32,000 bases of DNA, from positions 30,178-62,177 of the forward strand of contig ACYB01000005.1 of NCBI GenBank assembly GCA_000175855.1, written 5' to 3'. The first letter of the stretch is position 1, and every line of letters starts with the position of its first letter. Positions 21,774 to 28,936 of the stretch are shown piece after piece. The translations under genes were made by a program, and so were the position numbers. Under the pieces are notes generated by a model. The model was not told where the DNA came from. It saw nothing but the letters and a program-made list of their open reading frames with translations, and made no database searches. Source of the DNA: Raphidiopsis brookii D9 (GTDB lineage Bacteria; Cyanobacteriota; Cyanobacteriia; Cyanobacteriales; Nostocaceae).

Positions 21774-22730
21774 ATGGCTGGAACCGATTTTAAAGACTAT
21801 TATTCAATTTTAGGAATCAGTAAAACTGCCAGTCCAGAAGAAATTAAACAAGCTTTTCGCAAACTAGCTCGTAAATACCACCCTGACGTTAATCCTGGAA
21901 ATAAACAAGCTGAAGCAAGATTCAAAGAGATTAATGAAGCCTATGAGGTTCTGTCGGATCCAGATAAACGGAAAAAATACGACCAATACGGTCAATATTG
22001 GAAACAAGTAGGAGAAGGTGGTTTCCTGGTGGTGCGGGGAGTAGATATGAGTGGTTTTGACTTTGGTCAATACGGCAGTTTTAATGATTTCCTCAATGAT
22101 TTATTTGGTGGGGTAGGACCCCGCAGCTCAACCTCTTCTCGCTCCGCTGGTCGACCCGGTGGTTTTGGAGACTTTGGTTTTCCGGATATGGGTGCCCAAG
22201 ATAGTGAATTTGTCATTACCCTAAGCTTCGCCGAAGCATTTGGAGGAGTACAAAAACGATTCAGTTTAGGAAATGAAACCATTGAAGTGCGTATTCCTGC
22301 AGGAGCAAAAACTGGCACTCGTTTACGGGTGAGGGGTAAAGGTGCAGTTAACCCTAAGACCGGACAAAGGGGAGATTTATATTTAAAAACAGAACTATCA
22401 CCCCATTCATTTTTTCAACTTGAAGGTGACCAACTAATTTGCGAAGTGCCAATCGCACCAGAGGAAGCAGTTTTAGGTGCGACCATTCAGGTTCCCACAC
22501 CTGATGGTCATGCTAGCGTAAAATTACCCGCAGGAGTGCGTTCTGGTCAGTCTCTGCGCTTACGTGGCAAGGGATGGCCCCTACCCAAGGGCGGTCGTAG
22601 TGACCAGTTGGTAAAAGTTGCCATTGTACCCCCTAAAGACCTCACTCCCCAAGAGCGGGAATATTACGAGAAACTGCGTGCTATCCGTAGTTATGATCCT
22701 CGCGCTCATTTACAGCAAATTAAATTCTGA
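21774..22730 (+). CDS. DnaJ-family co-chaperone lacking the zinc-finger domain (CbpA/type II DnaJ-like)
   Basis: J-domain DYYSILGI....[19 protein letters not shown]....[17 protein letters not shown] with the HPD tripeptide, then a G/F-rich linker and DnaJ C-terminal beta-domains. There is no CxxCxGxG repeat. AGGAGG at 21761-21766 precedes the ATG at 21774. Confidence 0.85.
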   Translation: MAGTDFKDYYSILGISKTASPEEIKQAFRKLARKYHPDVNPGNKQAEARFKEINEAYEVLSDPDKRKKYDQYGQYWKQVGEGGFLVVRGVDMSGFDFGQYGSFNDFLNDLFGGVGPRSSTSSRSAGRPGGFGDFGFPDMGAQDSEFVITLSFAEAFGGVQKRFSLGNETIEVRIPAGAKTGTRLRVRGKGAVNPKTGQRGDLYLKTELSPHSFFQLEGDQLICEVPIAPEEAVLGATIQVPTPDGHASVKLPAGVRSGQSLRLRGKGWPLPKGGRSDQLVKVAIVPPKDLTPQEREYYEKLRAIRSYDPRAHLQQIKF

Positions 22731-22812
22731 TTCTGGATCACCCCAGGGAACAGAAGTAACCCCGTATTTTTTCGGGCAACGTAGAAAATTTAGTATTTTC
22801 TACTTTTTACAC

Positions 22813-22842
22813 TTGACGGAGTAAATTCACCCACAGTATGAT
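22813..22842 (+). promoter_or_regulatory. candidate sigma70-type promoter upstream of the COP23/protease gene run
   Basis: TTGACG (22813-22818), an 18-nt spacer, then TATGAT (22837-22842), about 220 nt upstream of the first COP23 gene in a 330-bp intergenic region. Motif match only. Confidence 0.25.
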
Positions 22843-23060
22843 ATAGGTGTTGATTAAAAAACTTCTTGTTTGTAGGGAATGACTGCTTGTCATCTCATTG
22901 AGTGGGTTAAGTAAACATAAAGGATATCTTTGTGGTAACCGGTAGTCCAGGAATAAACAATGCGCCATTAATGCATTAAGAATAGTCGGTAGTGCGCAAC
23001 TTTCAGTTTAAACCCTAGCGAGTTTCTGTTAGGAAAGAATAAAATTAGGAGATATATATT

Positions 23061-23735
23061 ATGAACAGCAAATTCTCAGCCACAGGTTTAGTAGCAACCC
23101 TAGCCCTATCAAGCATTTTGGGTTTAGGACATCGTCAATTAAAAGCCCAATCATCAGATGACGCATTCTTTGATCCGAGCGATCCCAGTCAATACAACGG
23201 AACTAAATTTACCTGTGTAGCCCAAGGTAGCGACTGGTCCACAGTTGGACAGCGCCCTGGTGGTAGACCAATTCCCATAATTGTGTGGACAAAAAAAGGA
23301 GCCCAGTCCTTTGGCGAAAATTATAATCCCAAGAGCCGTTGTGAAATCGTCACAGCCAACCTCAACCAAGCGGTAGAAGACAGTGCTGGTAAGCTTTACG
23401 ACGTAGTCCTAACCTGGGGTAAACTTGGCGATGGCAAGACTGTTATTTGCGCACTTTCTTTAAAGGATAAAGGAGGTTGTGATGGTAACAATACCCTGTT
23501 TGCTCTGAAGCCAGAAAATGCCAAGGACCCTAATAAGGTTTTAGAAACCCTGACTCAAATTAGCATTAAAGGTTCCAGTGCAGGGACTGTTCGTGAAACA
23601 ACAAGTCGTTTGAGTGTAAACCTGGGCAAAGTTGTCTCACAAGCAGCCAAGCGATTGCCTCAAGAAACACCCAAAACTCGCACAATTCCCGGAAATAGAC
23701 CCGTTAAAGATACACCCGTTAAAGGTACTCTGTGA
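23061..23735 (+). CDS. exported COP23-domain protein, paralog 1
   Basis: Sec-type signal peptide (..LSSILGLGHRQLKA|QS), then a four-Cys domain: YNGTKFTCVAQG..W.TVGQRPGG.PIP.I.WT....FG..Y.P..RC..VT......G.L......G....G..VICA......GC....LFALKPEN. This pattern matches the cyanobacterial COP23 (circadian oscillating protein, 23 kDa) family as I recall it. The C-terminal tail is basic and Pro-rich. The RBS AGGAG lies ~10 nt upstream. Confidence 0.65.
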   Translation: MNSKFSATGLVATLALSSILGLGHRQLKAQSSDDAFFDPSDPSQYNGTKFTCVAQGSDWSTVGQRPGGRPIPIIVWTKKGAQSFGENYNPKSRCEIVTANLNQAVEDSAGKLYDVVLTWGKLGDGKTVICALSLKDKGGCDGNNTLFALKPENAKDPNKVLETLTQISIKGSSAGTVRETTSRLSVNLGKVVSQAAKRLPQETPKTRTIPGNRPVKDTPVKGTL

Positions 23736-23854
23736 CGAGTTGGTAACAAAACTTTGTATTAGAAGTTATCAGCATCGGGAACTTTCGCAATTCCATACTA
23801 GTCAATTTTTTCTAGGATGCACACAACAAAATTAGGGAGTCATTTAGGAACATT

Positions 23855-25084
23855 ATGAACATTATATCAAAATCACATCTAAAATCTTCCGTAGTTATGG
23901 TAACCCTGTCCATCTGCGGTTCCTTGTCAGTTACACTTCCCATAGGTGCTCAGGTGCCTCCAGTGGCACCAGTCATCTATGTAGATCCCGCTAATGGGTT
24001 GAATGTTGTTGGCAATGGTAAGTCCCCAACAAATCCATATAAAAGCATTACTTTTGCCCTGGATCAGGCCCAATCGGGAACCATAATTCAGTTAGCTCCT
24101 GGTAGCTACACTAACGAGTCCTTTCCCATCCGAGTCAAACAGGGTGTTACCTTGCGGGGTGATGAATCAACCCAGGGCAAGACGGTGGTGATTTCCGGTG
24201 GTGGGGATTACAACAGTCGTAGGTTTGCCAAACAAAACGTGACAATTCTTGCGGGAGAGAATAGTACAATTACTGGTGTAACCGTGACGAATCGGAATGA
24301 CAGAGGCACGGGTATATGGGTAGAATCAACTAACCCAGTGATTAAGAATAGCACATTTACCCAAAATTCCCGGGAGGGAGTATTCTTGATTGCTAGTCCC
24401 AATCCTACCGTGGAAAATAACCAGTTTATAGCAAACAATGGCAACGGTATTTCTGTAACCAAATCCAGCGGGGGGAAAATTAACGAGAATGTATTTGAAG
24501 GTAGTGGCTTTGGGTTGAGCATCAATGATGACTCCGCACCAGTATTGACTAAAAACCAAATCCTAAACAACAAAGATGGACTACTTATTACTGAGACAGC
24601 TAAACCATCGTTACGGGGCAATGTAATTAAGAATAACCAACGGGATGGCATAGTCATCACTCTTAATTCTTCCCCGGACCTAGGCACCCGGAGCAATCCA
24701 GGTGGCAATGTCATCGTCAACAATGGTCGCTACAACATTTATAATGCTACCACAACTGGTGTTGCCATTTCCGCACTGGGTAATACCATAGACGACTCAG
24801 GGATTTTAGGTGAAGTAGAAATAGATGGAATCCAAATTACAGGTAGCAAAAAACCAGTGTCATCCGACGACCCAAATTTAGCCCTGTTAAAAAGATGGCA
24901 ATTAACAGCTGTTTCCTGCAACTCTGGTCCAGCAATTGACATCTTTATAGGTGATAGACAGTATTGTGTCAGTCCCCACCCAGACCTAACCGCTAAGGCT
25001 TATGAGTACAATCCTACCACTGGTACCCTCAGAGCTTTAAGAACTGGCCCACGTGGCAACTCAATCATACGACCTGGCTTGTAG
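23855..25084 (+). CDS. exported right-handed parallel beta-helix protein (DUF1565-type)
   Basis: Signal peptide, then IYVDPANG..GNGKS..NPYKSITFAL.QAQSGTIIQLAPGSY (the DUF1565 N-terminal hallmark). This is followed by ~8 imperfect ~22-aa N/G/T/V-rich coils (..NSTITGVTVTN.., ..NPVIKNSTFTQN.., ..NPTVENNQFIAN.., ..APVLTKNQILNN.., ..KPSLRGNVIKNN..) and a ~90-aa C-terminal non-repeat region with two Cys. Confidence 0.75.
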   Translation: MNIISKSHLKSSVVMVTLSICGSLSVTLPIGAQVPPVAPVIYVDPANGLNVVGNGKSPTNPYKSITFALDQAQSGTIIQLAPGSYTNESFPIRVKQGVTLRGDESTQGKTVVISGGGDYNSRRFAKQNVTILAGENSTITGVTVTNRNDRGTGIWVESTNPVIKNSTFTQNSREGVFLIASPNPTVENNQFIANNGNGISVTKSSGGKINENVFEGSGFGLSINDDSAPVLTKNQILNNKDGLLITETAKPSLRGNVIKNNQRDGIVITLNSSPDLGTRSNPGGNVIVNNGRYNIYNATTTGVAISALGNTIDDSGILGEVEIDGIQITGSKKPVSSDDPNLALLKRWQLTAVSCNSGPAIDIFIGDRQYCVSPHPDLTAKAYEYNPTTGTLRALRTGPRGNSIIRPGL

Positions 25085-25132
25085 ATTTTGCTCCAGCAAG
25101 ACCTGAAACTAAAAGCAAATTAAGGAGATATT

Positions 25133-25780
25133 ATGAACAGCAAATTCTCAGCTACATTTTTAGTAGCTACCCTAACCCTATCAAGCATTTTGGGTTTAGG
25201 AAATGGTCAATTAAGAGCCCAATCATCAGATGATGAATTTTTTGATCCGAGCGATCGCAGTCAATACAATGGGACTAGATTTGCCTGTGTAGCCCAAGGT
25301 AGTAACTGGGCCACAGTTGGACAGCGCCCTGGTGGTAGACCCATTCCCATAGTTGTGTGGACAAAAAAAGGAGCCCAGTCCTTTGGCGAAAATTATAATC
25401 CCAAGAGCCGTTGTGAAATCGTTACAGCCAATCTTAACCAAGCAGTGGAAGACAGCGCTGGTGATCTTTATGACGTAGTCCTAACTTGGGGTAAACTTGA
25501 TAATGGCAAAACTGTGATTTGCGCACTTTCTTTAAAAGACGAAGGAGGTTGTGATGGTAGCAATACTCTGTTTGCTCTGAAACCCGAAAATGCCAAGGAT
25601 CCTAATAAGGTTTTACAAACCCTGACTCAAATTAGTCTTAAAGGTTCTAGTGCAGGGGTTGTTACTGAAACAAAACCTCGTTTGAGTGTAAACCTAGGTA
25701 GGGTTGTATCCCAAGCGTCCAAACGCTTGCCCCAAGAAACACCCAAGACCCGCAAAACTCCCAAATCAACTATAAGGTAG
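25133..25780 (+). CDS. exported COP23-domain protein, paralog 2
   Basis: Roughly 85-90% identical by eye to paralog 1 at protein and DNA level, with the same signal peptide and four Cys. The C-terminal tail is shorter (ends ..KTPKSTIR), and the next paralog starts 9 nt later. Confidence 0.65.
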   Translation: MNSKFSATFLVATLTLSSILGLGNGQLRAQSSDDEFFDPSDRSQYNGTRFACVAQGSNWATVGQRPGGRPIPIVVWTKKGAQSFGENYNPKSRCEIVTANLNQAVEDSAGDLYDVVLTWGKLDNGKTVICALSLKDEGGCDGSNTLFALKPENAKDPNKVLQTLTQISLKGSSAGVVTETKPRLSVNLGRVVSQASKRLPQETPKTRKTPKSTIR

Positions 25781-25789
25781 ATAGAGATT

Positions 25790-26470
25790 ATGAGTAGGAA
25801 ATTCTCAACCACATTTTTAGTAGCTACCCTAACCCTATCAAGCATTTTGGGTTTAGGACATGGCCAATTAAAAGCCCAATCATCAGATAACGCATTTTTT
25901 GATCCGAATGATCCGAGTCAGTATAACGGGACTAGATTTGCCTGTGTAGCCCAAGGTAGTAACTGGGCCACAGTTGGACAGCGCCCTGGTGGTAGACCAA
26001 TTCCCATAGTTGTGTGGACAAAAAAAGGAGCCCAGTCCTTTGGCGAAAATTATAATCCCAAGAGCCGTTGTGAAGTTGTCACAGCCAACCTCAACCAAGC
26101 CGTGGAAGATAGCGCTGGCAATCTTTACGACGTAGTTTTGACCTGGGGCAATGTTGGTGACAAAACTGTTATTTGCGCACTTTCTTTGAAGGATGAAGGA
26201 GGTTGTGATGGTAACAATACCCTGTTTGCTCTCAAACCCGAAAATGCCAGGAACCCTAACAGGGTTTTAGAAACCTTGACCCAAATTAGCATTAGAGGTT
26301 CTAGTGCAGGGGTTATTACTGAAACAAGGGGACGTCGTCCTAATCGTGCTAGCGTAAACCTAGGTGAAGTTATCTCACAAGCAGCCAAGCGCTTGCCCAA
26401 ACAAACGCTCAGAACCCGCCCAAATCCTGGAGTTAAACCTACTGTTAGGCCTACTAGAGGTGGTCTATGA
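25790..26470 (+). CDS. exported COP23-domain protein, paralog 3
   Basis: Near-identical core to paralogs 1 and 2. The tail is divergent and R/P-rich (..RGRRPNRASVNLG...RTRPNPGVKPTVRPTRGGL). Confidence 0.65.
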   Translation: MSRKFSTTFLVATLTLSSILGLGHGQLKAQSSDNAFFDPNDPSQYNGTRFACVAQGSNWATVGQRPGGRPIPIVVWTKKGAQSFGENYNPKSRCEVVTANLNQAVEDSAGNLYDVVLTWGNVGDKTVICALSLKDEGGCDGNNTLFALKPENARNPNRVLETLTQISIRGSSAGVITETRGRRPNRASVNLGEVISQAAKRLPKQTLRTRPNPGVKPTVRPTRGGL

Positions 26471-26561
26471 CGAATGGCGGTTCTTGCATAATTGCTAACA
26501 AAATTGAAAGCGTGGGATAACCAAAATTTTCCACGCTCCACCGAGAAAAGAAAGAGGCATT

Positions 26562-27337
26562 ATGAAATTTTCAGCAGCAGTTTTGACTACTTTCCTGACT
26601 GTATCAGCTATAGGTTGGCATGCTGGTATGGTGAGAGCTGTACCAGTGGAAAGTGGAGATAACCCCCCACTATCCCTGCACCCGACAACCCATCAAACTC
26701 ACAACAGACTGATGGTGATGAAGGCTACAGTGGAGACAACCCACCCACTACTCCTGCATCCAACAACCCATCAAACTCACAACAGACTGGTGATGATGAA
26801 GCCTACAGCGGGACAAAATTTACTTGTGTGTCCCAAGGTAATGGCAAGTGGGCTACCGTTGGACAGCGCCCTGGTGGACAGCCAATTCCTGTAATCATTT
26901 GGACCCAATCAGCTTCCAAATATTTTGGTAGCCAATTTGCCCCCGAAAACCGGTGCCAAATCGTCACCAGCAAGTTCAATACAGCAGTGCGAGAGAGTGG
27001 TGGTAGCCTTCAGGATGTGTTGTTAACTAGTGGCAATGTTAATGGTCAGGTTGTTATTTGTGTAATTTCCGACCGAGATAATGGGTGTCAGGAGAAAAAT
27101 ACCCTATTTACCCTGAAACCAGAAAATGCCAAGAACCCTGATAAGGTTTTATCTCAACTCTTGGAGATTAGCACTAAGGGGTCAGACGGAGGTGTAATTA
27201 CTGAAACAAGAAGTAATCGGCGGCGGGTTACAGTCAAACTCAGTGATGTGCTGTCAATAGCAGCTCGACGCTCATCTTCTTCACCCGTTAAAAGGCCAAA
27301 GGTTCAAAATAACCGACGGAATCAACGTGGTTTGTAA
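26562..27337 (+). CDS. exported COP23-domain protein, paralog 4, with a repeat-containing acidic linker; reading frame broken by 1 nt in a C6 run (pseudogene or sequencing error)
   Basis: ORF 26562-26894 supplies the signal peptide (MKFSAAVLTTFLTVSAIGWHAGMVRA). The COP23 domain (..YSGTKFTCVSQGNGKWATVGQRPGGQPIP..) is in the frame of ORF 26828-27337, which is open back to a stop at 26660-26662. The two frames meet at CCCCCC 26663-26668. Adding one nt gives ..ESGDNPPTIPAPDNPSNSQQTDGDEGYSGDNPPTTPASNNPSNSQQTGDDEAYSGTKFTC... Confidence 0.6.
26652..26806 (+). repeat. direct tandem repeat (77 nt + 78 nt) inside COP23 paralog 4
   Basis: Unit 1 is 26652-26728 (AGTGGAGATAACCCCCCACTATCC...GAAGGCTAC). 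Unit 2 is 26729-26806 (AGTGGAGACAACCCACCCACTACT...GAAGCCTAC). Unit 1 is exactly 1 nt shorter, at the C-run where the frame breaks. Each unit encodes a ~26-aa P/S/N/Q/D-rich segment. Confidence 0.85.
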
Positions 27338-27364
27338 AGTAATTGTGGGAAAAAGGAATGGTAC

Positions 27365-27985
27365 ATGATGAAACTATCCACGACAGTTCTAGTTACTAGT
27401 TTAGCCCTAACAGGAACTTTGATTCAGTTTGGGGTACAAGCTAAGCCCCCTACTGAAACCTACAATGGCACCAAGTTTACATGTGTTTCCCAAGGCAATG
27501 GCAACTGGGCTACTGTTGGTCAGCGTCCCGGTGGTGGTCCAATTACCGTAATTACCTGGACAAAAGAGGGTTCTAAATATTTTGGGGACAACTATACTGC
27601 TCAAAATCGTTGTCGAATGGTAACTCCTAAATTTAATCGAGCTGTGAAACAAAATGGTGGACGTCTGAAAAATGTAGCTCTAATTAAAGGTATTGTTAAC
27701 AATGAGACAGTTATCTGTGTAGCTTCTACAAGAAGTAGAACAGGTTGTAATGCTGAAAATTTCTTGTTTACTCTTAAGCCAGAAAATTCTCAAAAAGCCA
27801 ATGAGATTCTGGCACAACTTACGGGAATTGGTAAATTGGGTTCCAGCGCAGGAGTTATCTGGGAAACAACCGGTCGTCTGCGAATTGAATTGAGTGAGGT
27901 TCTCGACCATAATCTTGACCCACAACCCCAGCATTCTGACAAAATAACACCACCAGCAGACTCTAATCGGGGGTTCAAACTATAA
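27365..27985 (+). CDS. exported COP23-domain protein, paralog 5 (divergent)
   Basis: Signal peptide, then YNGTKFTCVSQGNGNWATVGQRPGGGPITVITWT..FG.NY...NRC..VT....V..NGG.L.......G..N...VICV.......GC....LFTLKPEN. It has the same four Cys and the invariant TVGQRPGG, and is ~50% identical by eye to paralogs 1-4. Confidence 0.65.
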   Translation: MMKLSTTVLVTSLALTGTLIQFGVQAKPPTETYNGTKFTCVSQGNGNWATVGQRPGGGPITVITWTKEGSKYFGDNYTAQNRCRMVTPKFNRAVKQNGGRLKNVALIKGIVNNETVICVASTRSRTGCNAENFLFTLKPENSQKANEILAQLTGIGKLGSSAGVIWETTGRLRIELSEVLDHNLDPQPQHSDKITPPADSNRGFKL

Positions 27986-28052
27986 ATTCTACCCGGATGA
28001 GAAGGAATTAATCAACCGCTCCTTTTTTGAGTGAATCACCGTGTTTTATCCC

Positions 28053-28853
28053 ATGTCTTTTAGGTTGTCTGTGCTATTACTGACAACAACTCTTCCCACT
28101 GTTTTGTATTCTCAAACCCTACCTAACTTCCTGGCTTCCAAACCCCATCCCGGATTTGAATTTCCCGCCGCCAGGACTGCCAGTAAAGTAACAGTCAGAA
28201 TTTTTACCAAGTCTGGATCCGGTTCAGGAGTAATTATCAACCGTCAAGGAAAAAGCTACACGGTTTTGACCAATGATCACGTAGTAGTGGATAGTCCTGA
28301 GAGTGGTTATGAGGTTTTAACACCTGATGGCAAGATTTACAAAGCTCACCAGTTGCCAACGGTAAATCCTGATTCCCTGGATCTAGCACTGGTGGAATTT
28401 ACCAGTGGGGAAAATTATCAAGTTGTGCAATTTTCCCAGTCGCCAAATATATCTGGGGAAGTGGTATATGTATCTGGGTTTCCAGCGTGGCATTTTGTTT
28501 TTAATCGGGATACTATCAGCAAAGTGGAAACAACCCGCAATTGGGGACTGGGTGCTTTCAAGCTACGACCAGGCAACATCAAAATGTATCTTGACAAGAC
28601 CTTGGTAGGTGGTTACAAGTTAGGTTTTACCAATGATTTTACCCAAGGGATGAGTGGAGGCCCTGTTCTAAATCAACAAGGAGAGCTTATTGGCATCAGT
28701 GGTTTATTAAAATACCCATTTCAGGGGATTAATGCCTTTATTTTCACTGATGGAACCAGGCCAGAAAGGGAAGAATACCGTAGAATCGAGTCTTTAAGTT
28801 GGGCTATTCCTATTTCCACTGTGGTTGGTTTTCTCCAAGAGCAAAAAAAATAA
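28053..28853 (+). CDS. exported trypsin-like (S1/Trypsin_2-type) serine protease
   Basis: Hydrophobic N-terminus and a full catalytic triad in the canonical order and context: TNDHVV (His), DLALVEF (Asp), GMSGGPV (Ser). The start is ATG at 28053 (MSFRLSVLLL..) or GTG at 28041. Confidence 0.8.
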   Translation: MSFRLSVLLLTTTLPTVLYSQTLPNFLASKPHPGFEFPAARTASKVTVRIFTKSGSGSGVIINRQGKSYTVLTNDHVVVDSPESGYEVLTPDGKIYKAHQLPTVNPDSLDLALVEFTSGENYQVVQFSQSPNISGEVVYVSGFPAWHFVFNRDTISKVETTRNWGLGAFKLRPGNIKMYLDKTLVGGYKLGFTNDFTQGMSGGPVLNQQGELIGISGLLKYPFQGINAFIFTDGTRPEREEYRRIESLSWAIPISTVVGFLQEQKK

Positions 28854-28936
28854 TAGAATTATCATTATCAATCATAAGCAAATATTTATGATTTTTGACA
28901 CTATTCCTACGCAAAAACACTGTGGGAGAAAAGTAA

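Larger units (their letters stand above)
25133..26470 (+). repeat. head-to-tail tandem duplication of the COP23 gene unit (copies 2 and 3); a third highly similar copy lies at 23061-23735
   Basis: The copies are alignable over essentially their whole length. A 63-nt block (GTGTGGACAAAAAAAGGAGCCCAGTCCTTTGGCGAAAATTATAATCCCAAGAGCCGTTGTGAA) is identical in all three, at 23283-23345, 25355-25417 and 26012-26074. Confidence 0.9.

Noticed and set aside
23154-23369. A 71-aa antisense ORF recurs at the same relative position in COP23 copies 1-3 (also 25226-25441 and 25883-26098), with similar antisense ORFs in paralog 5 (27407-27652, 27680-27934, 27790-27978).
   Set aside because: Its apparent conservation is a trivial consequence of the sense-strand duplication. 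There is no RBS and no independent motif, and it lies fully inside well-supported sense genes. These are shadow ORFs.
24208-24942. Antisense ORFs of 171, 77 and 67 aa inside the beta-helix gene.
   Set aside because: Repetitive N/G/T/V codon usage on the sense strand leaves the opposite strand stop-poor. The sense ORF has a clear domain signature; these do not.
28600-28680. In protease 1, an Asp lies six residues before the catalytic Ser (FTNDFTQGMSGGP). This could be read as the trypsin D189 equivalent and so predict Lys/Arg specificity, matching the basic COP23 tails.
   Set aside because: In HtrA/Trypsin_2-type proteases the equivalent stretch (T-D-A-x-I-N-P-G-N-S-G-G) contains a conserved Asp that is not the S1-pocket residue. 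Without a structural alignment the inference is unsafe. Protease 2 has Lys at that position.
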